Source of the DNA: an uncultured Planctomycetaceae bacterium
GTDB taxonomy: Bacteria > Planctomycetota > Planctomycetia > Planctomycetales > Planctomycetaceae
Direction of reading: 5' to 3'
NCBI GenBank assembly: GCA_963813715.1
Contig: CAWFAK010000012.1
Coordinates: 192,001 to 256,000 of the forward strand
Length of the DNA stretch: 64,000 nt
Part shown: positions 55,598-64,000 of the stretch, piece by piece
How the letters are laid out: each line of letters opens with the position of its first letter
How positions within the stretch are numbered: position 1 is the first letter of the stretch
Notes under the pieces: model-generated
Database searches by the model: none
The model's input: the letters and a program-made list of their open reading frames with translations, nothing else
Told to the model about the DNA's origin: nothing
Made by a program: the position numbers and the translations under genes

Positions 55598-56887
55598 TCA
55601 CTCCACGTGATGGACGGTTCGACTCTCGCCGGTGCGCAGCTTGGCCCCGCAGGCGGGACATTCAAAGTGCCGGTCGGCGCCGTGCGGATCGAAGTCGACC
55701 GCGACGGACTTTCCGCACTTCGGGCACTTGTGGGCGACGTGCTCGAGATGCGGCTGCCGGGCCTCCAGCAAGGGAGCGTCCTCTGAGGCAGCCAACGGGT
55801 AGGTCGGTTCCTCCGCAGCAGCGGTCAGGGCCGGTTGTTGGCCGGGATTTGCCGGCGATTTATCAAACAGCGCCTCGAGAAACTTGGGGAAGCCGCCGAC
55901 ATAGGTCCCCTTGAACTCCTTCATCACCTCCTTGAGCGCGACGGCCTGGACGCCCAGGACGTTCGCGACGGCCTGCAGTTCGATCTGCCGCGCCTTCGCC
56001 TCCTGTTCGGACTGCGCGGGCAAGAGGTGCGAGCGGAAAAGACGGTCGAGCGCTTGCTGCAGCTCCGGCGGCAACCGAACTTCCTGGATCTCGACGCGAT
56101 CGATCTTCAGGCCATACTCGGCAACCTTCGGGTCGAGCATGTGCAAGATTGCGTGGGCGAGGTTCTCCGGGTTCGCTGCGTTGGGCCCGTCGGGCACAGC
56201 CTGGTGCTTGGACAGAGAGAGCGAAGAATGCGGGCCGTGCGCGTTCCCGTCCGACCCGTCGGCCCCACTGTGATCGATGCTGTGATCGATGTGGATGTAC
56301 TTCGCGGCGTTCTTGGAGACGACCATGGCCGTCGTCGACTGAGAGACGAGCTTGCGAATGCAACTCTCCGCGAGCGTCAACACCCAGCGTTCGGCCGCGT
56401 CTCTTGGCCCTTGAGGGCTCGCGGCCGCGTCGGCGGAAAGGTCGTCGTCCGCGCGATTGTTGTCGGCAACACGCACTTCCCGGTCGATGACGTAGTAGTA
56501 TTTTTCAAGATTGGCAATCCGCCACCAGAAGGCGACCTTGAGGTAGAGCTGAGTCGACTCCCGGGTGAGGACATTCGCGTCCTCAAACTGCGCGAGCCTG
56601 AGCGTCAGCGGCACGCGAATCCTCAGCTCCTCTCCAAAGAGCGGAAAAATGAACTGCGTCCCGCCGCCGGCCTGGGGGCCGTAGATGACATCGCTCACCT
56701 GCTTGTTCTTGAGCAGCACGATCCCTTCATTGGCTTCCCAAAGAATTAATTTGACCAGGCCGCCCAGCAGATCGACTTCCTTCTGCTTTCCCCGAATGGC
56801 GAAGGGCTTGGCCAGCAGGAGTTGGAGGGCGAAATAGACGACGGCGAGCACCAGCAGAGCAAGCACCAGGTAGAGAATTGTTGTCAT
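55598..56887 (-). CDS. SPFH (band 7) domain protein with C-terminal zinc ribbon
   Basis: N-terminal TM; VLTRES, YGLKIDRVEIQEVRLPPELQQAL; C-terminal CPKC…CPAC. Confidence 0.82.
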   Translation of the reverse strand: MTTILYLVLALLVLAVVYFALQLLLAKPFAIRGKQKEVDLLGGLVKLILWEANEGIVLLKNKQVSDVIYGPQAGGGTQFIFPLFGEELRIRVPLTLRLAQFEDANVLTRESTQLYLKVAFWWRIANLEKYYYVIDREVRVADNNRADDDLSADAAASPQGPRDAAERWVLTLAESCIRKLVSQSTTAMVVSKNAAKYIHIDHSIDHSGADGSDGNAHGPHSSLSLSKHQAVPDGPNAANPENLAHAILHMLDPKVAEYGLKIDRVEIQEVRLPPELQQALDRLFRSHLLPAQSEQEAKARQIELQAVANVLGVQAVALKEVMKEFKGTYVGGFPKFLEALFDKSPANPGQQPALTAAAEEPTYPLAASEDAPLLEARQPHLEHVAHKCPKCGKSVAVDFDPHGADRHFECPACGAKLRTGESRTVHHVE

Positions 56888-57086
56888 GCTTCGAGCTTTC
56901 GGTCGCGCTGCTCAGCCTGCGGATCAGTTAGGGGCAAGTCGTTCGGGGCGATTCGACGGCCGGAATTAGGGGATTGGCTGGCCCGGTCCCCAATGTCGAG
57001 CGTACACCCCCCGGATTGCCGGAATCAATCGGCGAATTCGCAGCCCGTCCCCGATTCCAACGTATGCCGAACCCCGTCGGTTCACG

Positions 57087-59019
57087 CTATTTCAGGGATT
57101 CGGTGCCGGCTTGGCCCGGGCTGATTTGCACCCTCTCGAGCCGGCGGCTCCACTCGTCGTACTGCTGGGCGTCGCGCGTGAGTCGCCCGCTCTCGAAGCG
57201 GAGCCGCGTCATCCAGCGGTCGGCCTCGGCCGTGCGGTGATAGGCGAGTGCCAGGTCTTTCGCGAGTAAAGCCGGCTGAGGCGATCGCTGAGGCGAAATC
57301 GGTGTGGGCCGGGGCTTGCGGCGGGCCGACTTGTTGCAGCCAGGGCTTGTCGGATCCGAGCCGCTCGATGGCGGCCATCCCCAGGTGGTAGTACGCGCGG
57401 AGGTTCGGATGCACGTAATCCAAGAACACCGAGCGGTCGAGGATTCCGGCTTTGGTGTGCGGTCGCAGGACGTCATCGGCGTCGAGGAACGGGATCTCGT
57501 ATCGGCCGGCCACGGCGGCGACCATTTGCCGCCAGGGTGCGGTCATCCGCACCGGCAGGCCGTCGGATTCGAGGGCCCGGCTGTAGCAGAGCGCGGCTTC
57601 GGCCCGCTTCCCCTCATGCATCAAGCACTCGGCCAGTTGAAAGTCGAACTCGGCGAAACCGGGATAACGCAAGACGGCATCGCGATACTTGTCGACTGCT
57701 TCGTGCCAGCGGCCCGCGTCCTGGAGTGAACGGCCTTCCTGGGCCAGCGACTCGATCTGCGCCCGCTGAAACACAGTCGCCGGAGGGTTCAACCACGAAC
57801 GATTCGGAGCATAATCGGCTTCGCTGCCCGCCGGCACGAACCACAGCTCGTCGATTTTCAGCCGCTCGCACCAACTGGCAAGCTGCTCCAATTGCCCCCC
57901 GAAGCGCGCGAGCCGCTTTTCGCAGGCTTCGGGTGACGCGATCGGCCGATCGACCAGCGAGCGAGCGCCCTGGGCTTCGAGTTCCTGCACGCCAATGTGT
58001 CGCGAGATGCGTTGGTCGAGCATGCGAAAAAGGGGCGACCATTCGAGCAGCCCGTCAAATCGCTCCCACGGCGTGTCGAGATCGGTCGCCAGCTCTTCGA
58101 CGTCGTAAAAGAACTCGTTGTGGCCGCTGTAGAGCAGCAACAACTGGGGCCGCACGGTCAGCGTGTTGAGCCGCTTTAGGGCCGTGCGCAGATTCAGGCC
58201 GACCGCGGAAAGATCGTCGAGCACGACCTTGCGATTCGGGTACATCTGCTCGAGCTGCCAGCCGACGACTTTCGGAATGCCGAACTTCCTGTAGGGAAAG
58301 CCGGCCATCGTCGATTCGCCGACGAAGGCGACATGCAGCTCGTTCGGCGGCGGCAGCGGGAGATTGGCGGGCAGCGCCAACCGGTCGGGATTATCGAGCA
58401 CGCGCGCGAAGAGCGCGGCACTCGGCTCGGCCAGCAGGAGAAAGACGAGCGAGGAGAACCACAGCTTGCCGAGCGTCGATACCTGTGTCGCCGGCGCGCG
58501 CCGACGCGTCGACACGTGCCAAATGACGACCGGGATTCCGAGCAGCACGAACAGCCACATCGAAAGGATCGCGATCCGCAGCCCCAACACCAACCCGTGG
58601 ATCGCGGCCACATTGAGCAGATCTTCGGCCGAAAGGTACGCCAGTCCGGCCAGCTCAACGTTCGCCAGCGCGAACACCGACCAACCGCCGCGTGAGCGGG
58701 GCCGGCCTGCGAGGACGAGCAACAGCGGCATCGCGGCGAGCTGAGTGCCCAGCACGTAGAGGTACCAGTCCGCATGCACGAGCGAGCAATACGCCTGCAG
58801 GCGGAGGGGCGTCCAGATCAGGGGCAACGTCGCCAGCGTGACGGCGAGGGCCAGACCGACGCTGAGCCAAGCGGCCAGATCTTTGCCGCCCACCGGCTCA
58901 TCAGGTCGATCAGTCGAGCTGGGCGGCGGCTCTCCGCTTGTGGGAGTCGAGCCGACAAGCGGCTCTCCGGTTGGCGTGCTCGAGCCGACAAGCGGCTCTC
59001 GCTGTTGAGCCGAACTCAT
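57087..59019 (-). CDS. Membrane-anchored SGNH/GDSL-like protein with TPR (frameshift near 57260)
   Basis: TM helices; FVGESTMAG, YSGHNEF, FLDYVHP blocks; C-terminus in the frame of ORF 57087..57476. Confidence 0.78.
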
Positions 59020-59211
59020 GCGCGCGGACGCAAGCAGAGGATCGAAACGGGGCGCGGAAAAGGTCTGACCTCACTCTACTCCCGCGAGCGCGCGGCGGGC
59101 AAGCTGCGAGTCGAATCGCCGCCGTTCGAAAACGAAAACGGGGACGAATAATCGTCCCCGCCATTCGCTGTGCGGGAGCGGCCGCACAGAACGATCGAAG
59201 TCACGCCGAGA

Positions 59212-59382
59212 TTACGTCAAGGCGTTCTTGACGGCGTTGAACTTGTTGTTCGCGTTCGTACCGACCGCCTGGATGGCCGTCAGACAGACCACGACGATCA
59301 GAGCGAGCATGACAGCATACTCGACCGCGGTGGGACCATCTTCCGAAACCACGAACCGCTTCACGCTGTGCAAGAGACTCAT
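59212..59382 (-). CDS. Flp family type IVb pilin
   Basis: 56 aa, MSLLHSVKRFVVSEDG/PTAVEYAVMLALIVVVCLTAIQAVGTNANNKFNAVKNALT; below the ORF-track length cutoff. Confidence 0.93.
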   Translation of the reverse strand: MSLLHSVKRFVVSEDGPTAVEYAVMLALIVVVCLTAIQAVGTNANNKFNAVKNALT

Positions 59383-59816
59383 GAGTTGACCCTTTCTATA
59401 GAGATTTTTGTTGAATCCGTCCGTTGCGAAGTGTGTCGCACGACTCGCGTGCTGAACATGACAAACCTAGGTTCGTGGGTCGGCGAGTCAAACCGTTTTT
59501 GAAAAAAACGCAATGTTCTTGACCGTTGCCATTTGGCATCACCTCGGCACGATCGGACCTCACGCGAACAGCTAAAAACCAGCGGAAAACAGCCAAAACC
59601 GCGGGAAACGGGGAGCCGGGGCCGTGCGCACACGGGCGACGCGCTGGCCCGCGTTGACCGGGCGTCTCGAAGCAAGAAGAGCGGGCTGCGATCCTCGCGG
59701 GGCCGCTCCGTCGCCACCGCCGATCGAGCCGCCCGGCCGCAGAAATGATTGACCCCATCACAGCGGCTACAGATAATTGAAACCAAGGGGAGTTCTCGCA
59801 TCCGAAGGGGCACGGA

Positions 59817-61349
59817 ATGCAGCGCAAACTTCTGGGCATGTTTCTGGCCTGCGGTCTGTCGGCCGCGGCCTTTGTTTCCTCACCGGACACGTCGCGAGCC
59901 GACCACCGGCACTCCACGCGGGGCCCGGTCGCTCCGGTCCGCGCGCCGTATTACCGGCGCTACGCGGGACCGCCGCCGGCTCGGCACGGTTCGCCGTATT
60001 ACGCCGTGGCCAACAGCCGGATCTTCGGACCACCCGCGGCTTACGTGCCTTACGGAGCGCCGGTCGCCGGCGGCTACGCGTATCCGTACGTGAATGCGTC
60101 GGGCTACTACCCGGCCGCCTATCCCGGAATTTTCGCGGGCGAGCCGTTCGCCAGCTCCTGGCCGCCCGTCTGGGGAGATTGGAATCCGTATTCCAATCCG
60201 CTGCTGCAGGCCACGATGCTGGAGAACCAGCTTCGCTGGGGAACCGCGCTGCCGCCCGGCTATCCGGAGCAGCGGACGCGAACACGAGTGCACGTCTCGT
60301 CGCCCGAGCAACAGGCCAAGAGCCTCCGCGCGCAGGCCCAGGGCGACGTCTGGATGAAGAAGCTTCGCTTCCTCAACGCCTACGAGCGCTACAAGGTGGC
60401 CCAGTCGGCCGCCAGCGATCGTCCCGAACCGTATTTTCGCCTCGGCTTCTCGCTGGCCTCGGTCGGCAACTTCGACTCGGCCGTCAAGTACATCAAGCAA
60501 GGGCTCGATCTCGATCCCCGCTGGCCGGCCCACGGCGACAGGCTCGACACGCTCTTCGGCGAGGACAATCGCCTCTCTGTTTTGACGATGATCGAGCGCG
60601 TCGGCGGCTGGGTGCGCGAAGACATTCGCGATCCCGATCGTCTGTTCTTGATGGGCGTCATCCTGCACTTCGACGGCGATACCCGCGCCAGCGAATTCTT
60701 CGAGGCCGCCTTCCGCCTGGCCGGATATGGGGACCACCTGCTGGCGTTTCTGCACCCGGCCGCCGGGCCTGGACCGGCGGAGAATTCTCCCGGACCGGTT
60801 TGGAATGGACCGGGCGGACAGAATCCCAACGGGCCCGCCGGTCCTGACGGAGCGGGGATGGCCAACGGCAGCCCGCCTCCGGGACCGCGCGAACCACGCG
60901 AGATGGCACCGCCCCAAATGGTCGCGCCTCCTGATTTCGGACCGCCGGGCGAGCCGCAAGGCCTGTTCTCGCAGCCGCGACAAGTTCCCCGCGGACTGTA
61001 TCAACCGCTGCCGCAGTCACGTCGTCCGCGCAGCCCGTGGAACGGCAACGTGCCTCAGCCGCCGCAGGTTCCGCCGCCCGGAACCGCCCAGCCGAGCGGG
61101 CCGGCGCAGCCGACTGACCCGAACGTTCCGCCGCAAGTCGGACCGCCGTCGACGCCCGCGCCGAGTGCTCCGCGGCAGAACGCGCAGCCGACGACGCCCG
61201 CGCTGCCACTGCCGCCGTTGCCCGCCCCGGAAGATCCATCAGCGGAGGGGCAACCCGGTTCACCCGGCGCCCCGCCCAGCGACGGACCGGCCCTCGGCCC
61301 CCCGACAGCCGGCAGCGTCGGTGGCAGCACGACGGCGCAGTCGCCCTGA
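59817..61349 (+). CDS. Exported TPR-containing protein with Pro-rich tail
   Basis: Signal peptide; QGDVWMKK…AYERYK…PYFRLGFSLASVGNFDSAVKYIKQGLDLDP. Confidence 0.75.
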   Translation: MQRKLLGMFLACGLSAAAFVSSPDTSRADHRHSTRGPVAPVRAPYYRRYAGPPPARHGSPYYAVANSRIFGPPAAYVPYGAPVAGGYAYPYVNASGYYPAAYPGIFAGEPFASSWPPVWGDWNPYSNPLLQATMLENQLRWGTALPPGYPEQRTRTRVHVSSPEQQAKSLRAQAQGDVWMKKLRFLNAYERYKVAQSAASDRPEPYFRLGFSLASVGNFDSAVKYIKQGLDLDPRWPAHGDRLDTLFGEDNRLSVLTMIERVGGWVREDIRDPDRLFLMGVILHFDGDTRASEFFEAAFRLAGYGDHLLAFLHPAAGPGPAENSPGPVWNGPGGQNPNGPAGPDGAGMANGSPPPGPREPREMAPPQMVAPPDFGPPGEPQGLFSQPRQVPRGLYQPLPQSRRPRSPWNGNVPQPPQVPPPGTAQPSGPAQPTDPNVPPQVGPPSTPAPSAPRQNAQPTTPALPLPPLPAPEDPSAEGQPGSPGAPPSDGPALGPPTAGSVGGSTTAQSP

Positions 61350-61355
61350 CCGCGA

Positions 61356-62118
<763 letters not shown>

Positions 62119-62197
62119 CCGCTCGGATTTGGATACTGACGGGCTTCGAAATCGATCGGCGATCCTGTTGGCGAATCGCCGCCGCTAGAATGACGAC

Positions 62198-62452
62198 ATG
62201 AGCCACGAGCCGAAGAAGCGGGACTGGCCGAAGTGGATGCTGCCCGCGTGCTGGACCTTTGCAGTCTTAGCGGCGTATCAGGGATCGCATTACGCCACGG
62301 CCGCGACAGTTCACTATCCTCGCGCCTGCTGTGCCTGCTGCTCGCACAAGATCGGCGGCAAACAAGTCCCCGAATGGGTCGACAACTATTTCTTTTGGCC
62401 CGCCCAGTGCCTCGACGACCTGATTGGCGTCGATCCATGGAGATGGCATTAA
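62198..62452 (+). CDS. Small hypothetical membrane protein
   Basis: 84 aa with a hydrophobic segment and FFWPAQCLD; fills the intergenic gap. Confidence 0.45.
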   Translation: MSHEPKKRDWPKWMLPACWTFAVLAAYQGSHYATAATVHYPRACCACCSHKIGGKQVPEWVDNYFFWPAQCLDDLIGVDPWRWH

Positions 62453-62482
62453 ACGTCCGCGTCCAACATCAAGAACCCGGTT

Positions 62483-63607
62483 TCAAATGACGTCGCTGCT
62501 CGATATCGATTGCACCTTCGCCCCCGCGTTGAGCGGACGGGCGATTCGCGTGGGACACTGCTGCCAGCGGGGCTCGGCGTGGAGCTGGTCGCGGAGTGTT
62601 TCGGCAGCCGACTGATCGGGGCAACAGACGGCGAGCGTCGGGCCCCACGAAGTTTGGGCGATGCCCCGGCGACCGTGGCCGCGAATCCATTCCACGAGCG
62701 CGCCGGCTTCCGGCGTGGAGTAGGTCCCTCCCTGCACGGGCCGGAAGTAGTCGCCGTTGATGCGGCCGAACTCGAAGATCGCGTCGGCGAATCGATCGCA
62801 GTCGGCACCCTGCAGGGCCGGCAGCATTTCCTCCAGGGCCAGCCGGCGGAGGCGATCGGTCATCTCGCGGGACGTTGCCGGCAAACGGCCGAGCGCCTCG
62901 GACTCGGCCTTGCCCGAAAGTCCGGCCGCTTGACCCGGCGGGTTGACGAGCAGAAACCGCCAGTCGGCCGGGACGGCGACGCGAGCTTCGAGCCGGCCGA
63001 TCAGCTCTTCGCGCTCTTTGCCGGCATCGACCAAAAAACCGCCCTGGCCGAAGCCGTGAATGCCGATGGCCGAGCGCGCTCCGCGCCCCACGCGGCGGGC
63101 GAGCGTCACCGGGTCGATGTCGGGCTCTTTCGCCAACATCGCGAGGGCGGTGGCGACGGCCATCCCCAGCTGCGTGCCACTCCCCAAACCGTGGTGCGCG
63201 GGGATGGCCGACCACAGCTCCATTTCGCAGTGCAGCGGCGGCCGATTTCCGCGCGAGGCCCGCGTGCGATATTCGCGGATGAAACGCAGCGCCCGCGCTC
63301 CCAGCTCGCTCCACTTGTCGACGGGGGGACCGGCGAACGGATCGCCTGCGCCGGACTGGGTGGTTCGCTTCATATTGCAGCGGACCTCGTCCAGTCCCGA
63401 TTCGATCTTCAGCCGGCCGGGCGTCCCGGAGGGGCGAGCGCGGGCCTCGGGGTCGTGTCCGGAGGCAGCAAGCACGAAGGAGGGCGCATCGATCATCAGG
63501 CCGACGCCGCCGTAATTGGTCTCTCCCGAAAACGAGCGAGCCCCGTCGTGGGCGAAAAAGCCGAAGTGCAAGCGGGCTCCGGTCGAGATCAGAATGGTCG
63601 CGGACAT
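62483..63607 (-). CDS. mptG: Beta-ribofuranosylaminobenzene 5'-phosphate (beta-RFAP) synthase, GHMP family
   Basis: GARLHFG, GGVGLMID, PAHHGLGSGTQL, RGARSAIGIHGF..GGFLVDAG, QTSWGPT. Confidence 0.85.
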   Translation of the reverse strand: MSATILISTGARLHFGFFAHDGARSFSGETNYGGVGLMIDAPSFVLAASGHDPEARARPSGTPGRLKIESGLDEVRCNMKRTTQSGAGDPFAGPPVDKWSELGARALRFIREYRTRASRGNRPPLHCEMELWSAIPAHHGLGSGTQLGMAVATALAMLAKEPDIDPVTLARRVGRGARSAIGIHGFGQGGFLVDAGKEREELIGRLEARVAVPADWRFLLVNPPGQAAGLSGKAESEALGRLPATSREMTDRLRRLALEEMLPALQGADCDRFADAIFEFGRINGDYFRPVQGGTYSTPEAGALVEWIRGHGRRGIAQTSWGPTLAVCCPDQSAAETLRDQLHAEPRWQQCPTRIARPLNAGAKVQSISSSDVI

Positions 63608-63624
63608 CGCGGACACCTCGCCGG

Positions 63625-64000
63625 TCAGCCGTCCGTCGGCGCGGCGGGCGCCTCGCGGACGAAGCGCTCGAAGAGCGCGAACGCGTCAGACTCCGCCGGG
63701 CCGCCCGTTTTGGCGACCGCCGGCCGCAGCCGCTCGAACTCGGACAGAATTTCCGCGCGAGAAATCAACTGCACGCGCGTCGCCAGGATGGCCGCCTCCA
63801 CGACTGCGTGCTTGGCCCGATTGAATCCAAAAAAATCGCGTCGACGGCCCGCGTGAACCACTTGCGCTGAGAGCTCGGCCCGGGGTTGCGAGTCGTCGCA
63901 TTCGCGGACCTCGAACTCGTACCAGCGGCAGCAGTCGGCCAGCACGGCCCCCGAGATTTTTTCGGCAGGCACAGTCGGCGGCGTCTCGGCAAGCAGTCCC
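63625..64000 (-). CDS. DUF447 family protein, 5'-truncated by the window edge
   Basis: LADCCRWYEF…FFGFNRAKHAVVEAAILATR…AVAKTGG; adjacent to mptG. Confidence 0.82.
   Translation of the reverse strand, partial: GLLAETPPTVPAEKISGAVLADCCRWYEFEVRECDDSQPRAELSAQVVHAGRRRDFFGFNRAKHAVVEAAILATRVQLISRAEILSEFERLRPAVAKTGGPAESDAFALFERFVREAPAAPTDG

Noticed and set aside
58925..59001. Repeat CGAGCCGACAAGCGGCTCTC x2 as a regulatory iteron
   Set aside because: It is in frame within the gene's N-terminus (EPLVGS repeats) and is best explained as a coding micro-duplication.

Overview
GC-rich chromosomal window, most likely from a planctomycete. Supporting genes are a DUF1559 prepilin-like protein, an FlgI-like/HEAT protein, a BON-domain protein, a Ser/Thr kinase-TPR, an orphan Flp pilin and the beta-RFAP synthase plus DUF447 methanopterin genes. 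Core genes (smc, floA, oleA-like, thyX, rpsU, ridA) occupy about 1.7-17 kb and a mixed metabolic/envelope block occupies 47-64 kb. An accessory stretch of small cassette-like genes lies between them (about 19-46 kb). Many genes carry single-base frameshifts, most simply explained as sequencing errors. I found no rRNA, tRNA, CRISPR array, integrase or transposase. The most unusual signals are non-coding. (1) Three copies of a polar mosaic element, in which a GAAACAACGTGTCCCGTCCC-type motif delimits an array of different palindromic REP-like doublets and ends in a conserved ~320 bp core. (2) A second composite repeat that brackets small genes like cassettes. (3) A two-hairpin kissing-loop RNA candidate that hides the ribosome-binding site of an ankyrin gene. 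(4) Two duplication scars showing cargo genes captured between diverged copies of flanking gene ends. All family assignments come from motif recognition by eye; no searches were run.
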